From assembly GCA_951406725.2 (NCBI GenBank), contig OX597840.1, forward strand, positions 17,918,001 to 17,982,000: 64,000 nucleotides of DNA. The letters are read 5' to 3'. The position numbers were made by a program, and so were the translations under genes. The notes under the pieces were generated by a model. It made no database searches and was not told the origin of the DNA. It saw only the letters and a list, made by a program, of their open reading frames with translations. Source of the DNA: Octopus vulgaris (taxonomy: Eukaryota). Shown piece by piece: positions 53,051-64,000 of the stretch. Position 1 is the first letter of the stretch, and every line of letters begins with the position of its first letter.

Positions 53051-53608
53051 TTGAGTGAGAGAGCACTGCATGCCATCAAAGTGACACTGGGGTACAAATA
53101 TACAAATCCCAGTATACCCATCATGACTACCCGTCTGATAAGGGTACACTAGACACATGCATCACAACCATATGTGCATGACATGGTGATCTCATATCAA
53201 GATTAACAGTGCATGACCTTGCAGGTGGGGCCCAGTGAGAATTTTCTTCTGGTCGAGTAACCCATCCCACTCAAAAGGTCCTTGAATAAGGGTTGTTTAA
53301 GGATGTTGAACGAAATAACCATGTTTTCAAATGTAAATTATCCAAAACCCAAAGAATCCCTCTCAACACATGGCTAAGATGCTCCCCCACTACTTCTGCT
53401 CGTGATCAGAGATGCACATATCGTCAGCCACTAAGGAACATGGTCAACTGGTTACGGTCAAACAACTGACAAGCAAATCTGTAGTATTGACCAGAATATT
53501 TGCTGTAGCCCATCTTTTATACCAAGACAAAACAATGTACATGATAACACTTCCAATCAGTTAAGATCAGAAGCCATGAGAGTCACTGCTTGGCACTGCA
53601 TCAGGGCA
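53051..53608 (-). mobile_element. ~560-bp non-coding element flanked by (TAA)n
   Basis: Second copy at 1558-1847; the orientation is inferred from the long (AAT)n tract at 52966-53050. Confidence 0.7.
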
Positions 53609-54159
53609 TAATGTTGTTGTTGTTATTGTTATTATTATTACTCTGCTTCTTCCTTTTCTCCTTTTTCATCTTCTTCTTCTCCTACTTCTCCTCCATTTGG
53701 TCTTTTTCTCCTTCTCCTCCTTCTCTCCTTTTCTTCTTTTTTCTTTTTCTACTTCCTCTCCTCCTCTTCACCTTCTATTTCTCCTTTCTCTCCTCCTCCT
53801 TGCACCAGTCTACTCACCTGTAAATGACTGTTGCTTTAGCATTGGTGCCCTCTCTCTCTCCCTCTCTCTCTCTCTCCCTCTCTCTCCCTCTCTCTCCCTC
53901 CCTCTCTCTCTCTTTCTCTCTCTCTCTCTTTCTCTCTCAGTCTTTCTCCCTCCTATGCTCCCACATTTTGCTTGCTCCACTGAGTCAAAGAGAGGAAAAC
54001 CGAAAGAAATTTTGTGCCTACTCATGATTACAATATGCAAGTAAAGCAATTCGTTTTACTCGCTTGGAAGTGACGGCTATTTTTCTAATCTTACTTTTAT
54101 TTATAGTTCTGCTTAATTTATTTTTCCTCTTCTTCTTCTTCTTCTTCTTGCACCACTAG

Positions 54160-54246
54160 CATCACCAGGGAGCGACTCGGACAACTTCAACGGGACATTA
54201 AATACAAGCAACAAAATGAAGCCATCAGTTCCTCTGTATAACTTAA
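54160..54246 (+). CDS. Receptor gene exon D: juxtamembrane stalk
   Basis: (ctt)n...cactag|...TTAA|gtaagt, 87 nt, phase 1-1; TSPGSDSDNFNGTLNTSNKMKPSVPLYNL. Confidence 0.7.
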
Positions 54247-54464
54247 GTAAGTAATATGGAAAGTGTGAGAGGGAGAGGAGTGAGAGGAGAAGGGGAAGGA
54301 AGGGGAGGAGAAGGAAAAGAGAAAAGGGAAGGAGTGGAGGAAGGAGACGAAAAGTGTGGAGAAGTAGTCTTTAATAAATTCAAAAAAATTCCTTTCTTTC
54401 GTCAAGTTTTCCCTTTCATTTTCTTCATTTTAACTAATTCAAATTTATATAAATATATATATAA

Positions 54465-54872
54465 GGCACAGGAGTGGCTGTGTGGTAAGTAGCTTGCTTA
54501 CCAACCACACGGTTCTGGGTTCAGTCCCACTGCGTGGCACCTTGGGCAAGTGTCTTCTACTATAGCCTCGGGCCGACCAAAGCTTTGTGAGTGGATTTGG
54601 TAGACGGAAACTGAAAGAAGCCCATCATATATATATATGTATATATATGTATATATATGTGTGTGTGTGTTTGTGTGTCCCCCCAACATCGCTTGACAAC
54701 CGATGCCGGTGTGTTTACATCCCCGTTACTTAGCGGTTCAGCAAAAGAGACCGATAGAATAAGTACTAGGCTTACAAAGAATAAGTCCTGGGGTCGATTT
54801 GCTCGACTAAAAGGCAGTGCTCCAGCATGGCCACAGTCAAATGACTAAAACAAGTAAAAGAGAAAGAGAAAG
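54465..54872 (+). mobile_element. Family A SINE, full length
   Basis: Family motifs. Confidence 0.9.
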
Positions 54873-54888
54873 AGATATATGTGTGTGC

Positions 54889-54929
<41 letters not shown>

Positions 54930-55106
54930 CACATACATACAGTAATCCCTTGCCATATCACGGTTCATCTATGGTGCACTCAGAACATCGTAGATTTTTC
55001 TGGCTAATATAAGTAAATTTATATCACAGATCCCTAAGTATACCTGGGTTTCTGCAGCCGATAGGTATTTAGATTTTCTTGGATTTTAATTACTTCTGTG
55101 TATATA

Positions 55107-55145
<39 letters not shown>

Positions 55146-55235
55146 GCATGTGTGTGTGTATATATATATATAGATAGATAGATAAATTATAAATATATGT
55201 GTGCATGTGTTTATATACATATGTATGTACGTACC

Positions 55236-55626
55236 ATAAATCCTCAAGTATAGTCCGCCCTTGAGTATAATACGCAGGGGATTTTTAGGGGGCTGTACCT
55301 CTGATAAACCTAAACCTTGTGTATAATATGCACCCCTTCTCTAACTTGAGTCAAGGAGGTCTATATAATGTCTTTGGTTTGTAAAAATGTATATGGTAAC
55401 GTCCTTTATTATTATTGTATATATAACATAATGCAAACGTGTAGCTTTTTTGTGCATTTTGTTCGTGCCTGACATCACAAAATGCGTCTAAATAAACATA
55501 GCTGGACAGCAAATAGAGACTCGGACATTGCTTAGAAGATATTTTTCATTTTTAACCTCGTATATAGTACGCACTAGGGATTTTGACCTTTAAATTTTGG
55601 GGAAAAATTGTGGATTATACTCGAGG
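55236..55626. mobile_element. Pogo/Tc2-like MITE
   Basis: CCTCAAGTATAGTCCGC / GTGGATTATACTCGAGG inverted ends with subterminal repeats. Confidence 0.55.
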
Positions 55627-55687
55627 CTGTATGTATATATGTATGTATGGATGGATTTATAAATGTTATTGTTAATATCTTTTGCAG

Positions 55688-55757
55688 AACTCATACTGGC
55701 AATTGGTGTACCATTGTTGGCAATCATCTTATTTGTTTCCATTGGAATATGTTACTG
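55688..55757 (+). CDS. Receptor gene exon E: transmembrane helix
   Basis: ttttgcag|...TG|gtaagt, 70 nt, phase 1-2; KLILAIGVPLLAIILFVSIGICY(W). Confidence 0.85.
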
Positions 55758-56414
55758 GTAAGTACATTTTTATTGGGCATGCATAGAAAATCAAAAATTT
55801 ATTCTGTATGAATACTTTTTTCACCCCTCAATATCTATAATTGTATATAAATTCCTTAGTTACTATAATTTATTAGTTTCTATTGCATATTCTTAGTTTA
55901 TGCATGTGTATGCAAATATAGTATTGGTATATCCCCTTTATGTTCATTAGAAATTAAATAAATGAAGAATTTTGACATGTACGAATATTTATTTCCCCCC
56001 ACTGTATATATATATTATAATAAATGCGAAAACTAATTTCTGTGTGTCAGTGTGTCACACTTCGACCCACTCTCTCACTATTCAATGACACTTTTTCTTG
56101 CTGGGGTGAGAGTAATAGTAGGCACAGAGACAGTGAGGGTGGTGGCAAAGACAGAGAGAGAGGGCGAGAGAGAAAGAAAAAGAGAGGGAGAGAAAGAGAG
56201 ACAAAGAAATGTAGGGAGAGTTGATGATGTTTTATTAAAAGTAGTAGTGTTGATGTTGGCGTGGGGAGTGATGATAAGAGAGAGAGAAAGAGTGGGTATG
56301 TGAGAGAAAGAGGGAGATGATGTACAACTTTCCTGGGCAGAAATTCCGGTGGCCAACATACTGAACTAACTACTGGACACTATCATTTTTATTTTATTTT
56401 TTGCTTTCTTTAAT

Positions 56415-56461
<47 letters not shown>

Positions 56462-57010
56462 CACTTTAATTGAAATACAGTTTCCCCAAAATTAAACATA
56501 TCTAATATAATAAATGTGAAACGTTAGTGTGTCAGTGTGTCACACTTTTTCAACTTTACACCTAGAGGTTGTAGCTCTGCTTCATTTGGCTCACAGCATA
56601 TCATCCAGCCTTCGTCTCTGCACTTATGGTCTTCCATAATATCTTAATCTCCTTCTTCACTGTGCTTTGTATCCAACATGGCAGCAACTCTCTGGGACTG
56701 ATGTTCTCTCGTTGACTCCAGTTTTAACCAGTAGACATCAGCACCATCTGTCGATGTCTATCACAGAATTATTTATATATTTTCTATTTCCATATTATAT
56801 TTATTCATTCATTTGAGGCATTCATTCATGCATATTTGTATATTTATGTTCATCTTGTATTTTATCAGTTCCCACCAACGCCACACCTCACTCATGTACT
56901 CCTCACCCCCACCATTATCCCTACTCTCCGGTTGTTTAACAGTTTAAAGATGGTGGCGTTATACTCAATCCGAGGCATTAGCAGATATATATGTGTGTGT
57001 GTGTGTGTAT

Positions 57011-57210
57011 GTGACCACGTGTGTACCGTTGGCGATTTTTTTTCCTCCGTCTTCTTCCCTTCTCTGGATCTTTCCTTCTCCTATGTTTCCGACAAAGAGC
57101 TCCGCTCGAAACGTTAAGCCCTCCTTCTTTCCTTCTTTCCTGAGCATCAAATAATACTACATTTGTTCCACGTCCTCGCGTTGTGTTTTTTTGTGCTTTC
57201 ATGTTTGGAT

Positions 57211-57213
<3 letters not shown>
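57011..57213 (+). mobile_element. H1 hammerhead-bearing element
   Basis: Motif at 57085-57119: GTTT-CCGACAA-A-GAGC TCC GCTC-GAAA-CG-TT-AAGC, with palindromic AACGTT stem III. Confidence 0.8.
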
Positions 57214-57247
<34 letters not shown>

Positions 57248-57462
57248 TGTTTGTAAATATATGTGTGTGTGTATATTTATATATATATGAATATTTTTAT
57301 ATATATATGTATATATATATATATGTCGTCTTTGGATTTGGTTTGCAAGATTCTTTATATGAGTTTGTGTATTGAAGCATATTCTGTTGTGTCTGGGGTG
57401 AGTGATTTTCTTTTTGCACCTTATAATTTAACACACTCACCGGTAAAATTTCTACTTATTTC

Positions 57463-57514
<52 letters not shown>

Positions 57515-57619
57515 CACACACACACACACACACACGCATATATATATCTATTTATACATATAATATACATAAACATACATATATAAATATATTATATATA
57601 TATATATACCTTGATACTT

Positions 57620-58262
57620 TGATAGCACCACCTGGCAAAGTCATTCAAGTCAGGAACAACAGTATTCAAGGTGGGGTTGGACAAAATTAGAGAAGAGAAG
57701 GATAATGGTGTGGATATCTCTCAACTGGAGAGTTCTGAGAATCCAGGAACACATTCTGTGGGCCCCGTCAACTTTGCTGTTTATATGAGTGGCCCAGCTT
57801 ATGTTGTTGTTGTCCACAATTACTCCCAAGTCTCTGATGTTGTTGAATGCCATGAGAGTTTCACCTGATGTTTCATGGGAGTTTCAGGGTATCCTCTTTC
57901 CCAAAGTGGATTAACTCAAATTTGTCCTCATTCAGCAGCCTATTATTCTTTTCTGCCCATTCGATGACAGCCAGTCGATCTGACTGAAGGCATGCCTGGC
58001 CATCTACGCCATTGATGACCTTCTGGATCTTGGAATCATCTGCAAAGATTCTTATGTTGCTGTGCTTGATGATGCCAGTAAAGTCATTGATATAGATGGT
58101 GAAAAGAGGTTGGCTCAACACAGTGCCTTGTGGAACACCACAACTGACTTTGACTGGGCTTGATTTTACTCTTCAACTGCAATGTGTTGGGTTCTGCCTG
58201 TCAGGAACCACTTGATCCATTGTAGTGACTTTCCAGAGACACCAATGCTGGATAGTTTTTTC
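57620..58262 (-). mobile_element. CR1-like LINE RT fragment
   Basis: SCGVPQGTVLSQPLFTIYINDF...IRIFADDSKI...IRDLGVIVD...PHLEYC. Confidence 0.9.
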
Positions 58263-58559
58263 CATGTGCAGAGCCTGTAATGTAGGGAATAAGGGCATAT
58301 TTTGAAGTTACTTGTTAGTGTCATGGGGTGCACATTTCACTTCATGGATGATTTCAAGTTTTTGTTTATACTACAGTAGAATTGAGGTAGCAATGAGGAG
58401 GAAGAAAGCAGTGGTTTATTTTTAGCATTTGAGGTGGTAGAAGATGATGGTGGCAGCAATGGTGATGACGAGGAAGATGACGATGACGATAATTGTGGTG
58501 GCAGTTCACTAAATCAGTTATTATGCTAGAATTTAGGAGTGGCTTTTCCTGTTGTTGTT

Positions 58560-58619
<60 letters not shown>

Positions 58620-58743
58620 GATAGATAGATAGATAGATAGATTGTGAAGTATATTTGCCACTTAGATGTGGCTAACCCTTAAGGGTAGATGCTACTTTAG
58701 CTTGTAGCCCCAGGTGGACACCTCCTCCACCTGGCTATTGACA

Positions 58744-58789
58744 CACACGGACTTGGTATTTCTGGGTATTGACTCGTCATCAGCGTGTG
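58744..58789 (-). ncRNA. Type I hammerhead ribozyme (core intact, stems II and III partly decayed) in a structured ~170-bp element
   Basis: CACACG-CTGATGA-CGAGT CAAT ACCCA-GAAA-TACCAAG-TC-CGTGTG, with a 6-bp stem I and a GUC site. Confidence 0.65.
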
Positions 58790-58888
58790 ACAATCACCGA
58801 TTGCCTAAGTGAAGTCGTTCTCAATGCAAATATATATATATCCTTTTTCCAGTGATGAAAAGCCACTGACGATAATTATCTCGAAAAA

Positions 58889-58931
<43 letters not shown>

Positions 58932-59145
58932 TGTATGTATGCATGTGTGTGTGTATGTATGTATATCTATAGATAGATAGAAGAAAAAGATGTTTTTTTC
59001 TGCGGTATTGGATGGAACTATTCTAATTAGTAAATTCATTTGACAACAAAAAGATAAATGAAGAGAATTGGTACGGGGTGAGGCGGGGGTTTGGGTGTTC
59101 CATATCTTAATATTTTCATTCAGAACTCCTTTCTCTACTGTAGTC

Positions 59146-59176
<31 letters not shown>

Positions 59177-59429
59177 GTGTGCGTGAGTGTGTGTGTGTGT
59201 GTGTGTGTGCATGTGTGTGTGTGTTTGGGAATCATCTTGAACAGAAGTTCTCAACTGGGGCCCACAACCCCTAAGGGGCGTGGGTCCTCATGGTCCTTGG
59301 GGTGGGGCGGGGAAGTTCAATATAAGATTTTGTTGTTAAAATTTATGTGCAATAAAATTGTTATTCTATGAAATACAGAAAATATTTTAAACAATTTTTT
59401 TATGCCATCCTCTTTTATATCTCCTTTCC

Positions 59430-60370
59430 CTTTCACTTGTTACAGTCATTAGACTGTGGCCATGCTGGGGCACCACCTTGAATTTATTTCAGTCGAATGA
59501 ATTGACACCAGTATTTATTTTTTTCCTTTTCTTTAAATCTCTTACTTATTCTATCAATCTCTTTTCTTTGCCAAACCGCTAAGTTACATGGACAGAAACA
59601 CACCAACACCGGTTGTCAAGCAGTGGTGAGGGGCAAACATTGGCACAAAGACACACACACACACACACACTCACACATACACACACACACACACACACTC
59701 ACTCACACACATTCACACTCACACACACACACTCACACACACACTCAAATTCACACACACACTCACATTCACACTCACACAAACACACACACACTTACAC
59801 TCACACACACACACTCACACACACAAACACACACACTCACACATTCACGCACACACACTCACACACACACTCTCATACACACACACACACGTATAGATTC
59901 AGCCATGGCTGTGTGGTAAGAAGCTTGCTACCCAGCCACATGGATCTGGGTTCAGTCCCACTGCATAGCACCTTCGGCAAGTGCCTTCTACTATATCCTC
60001 AGGCCAACCAAACCCTTCTCAGTGGATTTAGTAGACAGAAACTGAAAGAAGCCGGTTGTATATATGTGTATATATGTGTGTGTGTGTGTGTGTGTCTGTC
60101 TGTCTATGTTTGTCCCGTTGCTTAACAACTGATGTTGGTGTGTTTACATCCCTGTAACTTAGCAGTTCAACAAAAGAGACAAAAAGAATAAGTACTAGGC
60201 TTAAAAAGAATAAGTCCAGGGGGTCAATCCCCTTGACTGAAAAACCCTTTAACTCACAAGACTTTGATTGGATCAAGGCTATAGTAGAAGACATTGCCCA
60301 AAGTGCCAAGCAGTGGGATTGAACCTGGACTCATGTGGTCAGGAAGCAAACTTCTTATCACACAGCCATG
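59430..60370. mobile_element. Family A SINE cluster in alternating orientation (-, +, -)
   Basis: Copies at 59430-59650, 59895-60240 and 60255-60370. Confidence 0.75.
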
Positions 60371-60409
60371 CCAATTCTTAATAATATTTAATTCCAAAAA
60401 GGACTGTAG

Positions 60410-60455
<46 letters not shown>

Positions 60456-60576
60456 CAAATGGCTATGGAAGTCCAGTAGAGTAGAATTGGAAACAAAGGA
60501 ATGAAAGGATTCCAAAGGCAAAAAAATGGTTGAAAAGCTCTGGTCTAGAAGGAAACAACATAATTTCATGATTTAA

Positions 60577-60796
60577 CCCTTCTGATACCGATCCATCTGA
60601 AACCACCTTGGCTTTGTAGTACAAATGTCTTGTTTTCATAAGTTTTAAATTAAAATTTTCCATCAAACCTTAGCCACAATTATGTTCCTAACACCAGCTT
60701 AATGTTAACGAAGTTATTTCGCTAAATTCTTTGTTATATTTAAAATTAATTGAAAGAAACAGAGAGCATCTCAAAATAAATATGGTATCAAAAGGG
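60577..60796. mobile_element. piggyBac-type MITE
   Basis: TTAA|CCCTTCTGATACC...GGTATCAAAAGGG|TTAA. Confidence 0.85.
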
Positions 60797-61669
60797 TTAA
60801 TGATGTCGCTTCTTAATCCTCATTATGATACATCTGGCTAGATTTTCCAACCATATCCAATAACTGACTTAATATCAAGACAAACAGTTGGAATTCCAGG
60901 AAACCAATAATCTCTTTGTGGTGACAGCAATTAATCCGAAGAATAAAAGCTTAGAATAAATTTTGTTCTTTGTTATGCATAAGATTTATATCACTGTTTT
61001 TTCGTTTTTCTTAATTATCGCATTTAATGAATCTTCTGGCCTTGCTACAGAAAGGTCACAAACGGTGGTGAGAGCTGATTGGTCAGTCTTAAATGCAACA
61101 CATCGATCAGTCTTTTATCTCTTTTACTTGTTTCTGCCATTAGACTGCGGCCATGCTGGGGCACCACTTTGAACATCTTTTTGTGAAACAAATCAGTCTC
61201 AGTAGTTATTATTTTTTTTAAGCCTGGTACTTATTCTATCAGTCTCTTTCACTGAATTGCTAAGTTACAGGGGTGTAAACACACCAACACCAGTTGCCAA
61301 GTGGTAGTGGGGGACAAACACAGAGAAAAAAGCACACACACACACCACACACACAGACATAGACACACACAGGCATGCACACACACACACACACACACAT
61401 TATGAGCTTCTTTCAGTGTGTCTATGTGTATCATCATCATCATCGTTTAACATCCACCTTTTATGCATGCATATATAAAAGTACATTTGGTAGGATATAT
61501 TATCTGGGCAGATACCGTATTGGCTCTCAGTTAAGATCCAGTTAATGGCTAACTACAAGGATTAGCATCTAACATCTGTCTACATTTAGTTGTTAGTCAC
61601 TCCGTAAATTCTTTCGATGGGTAATTCTGTGTATTCTTTGCTGGACAGTAAAAATTCTCAGGAGTATAT

Positions 61670-62305
61670 ACTCTTTTACTCTTTTAATCTTTTACTTGTT
61701 TCAGTTATTTGACTGCGGCCATGCTGGAGCACTGCCTTTAGTCGAGCAAATCGACACCAGGACTTATTCTTTGGAAGCCTAGTACTTATTCCATCAGTCT
61801 CTTTTGCCAAACCGCTAAGTTACAGGCACGTAAACACACCACCATCGGTTGTCAAGTGATGTTGGGGAGACAAACACAGACACACAAGCATACACATACA
61901 TATATACATATATACAACGGGCTTCTTTCAGTTTCTGTCTACCAAATCCACTCACAAGGCTTTCATCAGCCCGGGGCTATAGTAGAAGATACTATATAAG
62001 GTGGCGAGCTGGCAGAAACGTTAGCACACCGGGCGAAATGCGTAACCGTATTTCGTCTGTCGTTACGTTCCGAGTTCAAATTCCGCCGAAGTCGACTTTG
62101 CCTTTCATCCTTTCAGGGTCGATAAATTAAGTACCAGTTACGCACTGGGGTCGATGTAATCGACTTAATCCGTTTGTCTGTCCTTGTTTGTCCTCTCTGT
62201 GTTTAGCCCCTTGTGGGTAGTAAAGAAATATATAGTTGAAGACACTGAACCCAGAACCATGTGGTTGGTAAGCAAGCTACTTACCACACAGCCACTCCTT
62301 CGCCT
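61670..62305 (-). mobile_element. Family A SINE interrupted by a Nin-like SINE (61998-62229, +)
   Basis: Duplication TATAGTAGAAGATACT (61978-61993) / TATAGTTGAAGACACT (62231-62246) flanks the insert. Confidence 0.8.
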
Positions 62306-62434
62306 CCTTATTTCTAAAGATTTTTTATGTTATAAATAATTTTTAATTCAATTTTTAATCTTTTTCGCACACACATAGTAATTAACTTCATTTTCGTATG
62401 TTTATTTGATTTTCATTTTTGATTTTTTTTTCAG

Positions 62435-63344
62435 GAGAAGTAAAAGAAGTAAAAGAAAGAACAATCCCGTATCAGCCAAAGATGCTGCTGTCCAGACACT
62501 GGTTTCTCGGAACATAGAAAACGTCCGACATGCTAATGGAATACTGCCCTTGCAATGCTCAGACAGACACCACCCAGCTATACAGGAAGGCTACAGTCAT
62601 GTTGCCGACGAAGTTCCGTTCCCAGAAGCAGCCAAAATGATTGACGCCACAGTCAACACTTGTGAAGCCTACACTGAGGTGGATGAAGGACAAATAGGGA
62701 CCGTCAAGCCCTTGTCCGATAGATTTCGATACCATATTGCTCGTTCTCTGCCTGCTCTGCCTGGGAAAAAATCGTCATCCAACGACGAATGGACATCCAC
62801 CAGATCACGAGGTTCTAGTAGCCGTGCTTCGATTGGTAGTGAAAATGACTATCAGAAAGCTATCTATGAAGAAATTCCTGATTATTACGAATGCAAAAAG
62901 CATCCTTCGAATTATTCTCCAAGAGTGTCAGAACCAAGTTCCGTAGAAACAGATTCAGGAATTGAATCTGAAGACAAACTAGCTCGCAGTCGTTTGGAAC
63001 GTATTCAAAATCCAACGAATCCTGGTGCTTTGCCTCCTTATAGTAATCTTAATTCTAATCTTAAAACTAATACCAATTCTTCATCGTCGTCGACGTCATC
63101 TTCGTCGTCTGGGTCTCACAAATCTCCCCCAATTCCAGCCCTCAATCCAAGAGGTGAAATTAAATCAGACGACATGTCACAAGACGTAACAGATCCTAAA
63201 TATCATGTGGTAGAAAGGAATTGCACACAGAACAATGTCGGAGAGACGAACTGTAGAGGACATTCAATCGCTAGATCTGGTGATGATGGTTTAGTGTTAT
63301 TAGAAAATGAAATATATGAGCCTTATTATCAACAGACAGACTGA
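62435..63344 (+). CDS. Receptor gene exon F (terminal): basic stop-transfer sequence and ~300-aa tyrosine-motif cytoplasmic tail
   Basis: tttttcag| at phase 2 completes TGG (W); translation RSKRSKRK...YEEI...DSGIES...NEIYEPYYQQTD*. It is a 910-nt open, non-repetitive frame. Confidence 0.9.
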
Positions 63345-63922
63345 AAATACGAGTGAATGTGTGTGATAAAATATCTGTTCTCTAATCAAGAAAACTTGCT
63401 TTAAAATACTAAAAACATCACCACCAATTTACCAATATTTCACAATGGAAAAAAAACCCTATTTCCTTCATAATTATTAAGAATTAACAGGAAGAAATTG
63501 TAAGAAGAACTGGTCAGGATTTTCATGTCACTGTTTCATAGCTTTCTTGCATTTCTTTAAAACAAAAAAAAAACATGACTGCCACGTTGATGGTGGTGGC
63601 CATGTCTGGGTTTCAAGAAGTATATTGTGTACGGCGGAAAATGCAAGGAATGAATGAATGCGGGAATGAATGAGTGTATGAATGAATAACTCAGTGAATG
63701 AATAAATATATAAAATAGAATGGAAATTATGGTGATTGGTGACAGAAATAATTGCTTAAACTAAGCAGAAATGTATCGGCTTATTGTGCCACATGCAGAA
63801 ATGCACACACATGTACACATACACACATATGCACTTCACCTCATATATATATATGTGTGCGTGTGTGTATACACATTCATATGCGTGTATATATGTATAT
63901 ATATATATATATATATAATAAA

Positions 63923-63960
<38 letters not shown>

Positions 63961-64000
63961 TCATATATATATACACGTGTGTGTGTATGTATGTATGTAT

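Overview
This is eukaryotic, AT-rich DNA saturated with microsatellites and SINEs. The repeat families suggest an octopus (coleoid cephalopod) genome, which is an inference. Almost all ORFs in the track are microsatellite artefacts. Real content: (1) A spliced + strand gene with six phase-compatible GT-AG exons from 46996 to 63344 (5' exon not found). It encodes a type I membrane receptor with a divergent SUEL/Gal-lectin-like domain, a CUB domain, a glycosylated stalk, a TM helix and a ~300-aa disordered tail. The tail carries Src SH3 (RSLPALP) and SH2 (YEEI) ligands, a DSGIES beta-TrCP degron, LPPY and NxxY motifs. (2) A possible second gene on the - strand near 946-5257. (3) Many decayed transposons: CR1, RTE and R4/Dong LINEs, three tRNA-SINE families, Tc1/maT/mariner, hAT, piggyBac and pogo MITEs, and Helitrons. 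(4) About 14 type I hammerhead-ribozyme-like motifs from several families. They lie mostly in short elements embedded in (TA)n and in long inverted repeats typical of Penelope-like retroelements. The one at 19781-19844 has a fully intact core, and another lies ~20 nt inside an intron of the receptor gene on the sense strand.
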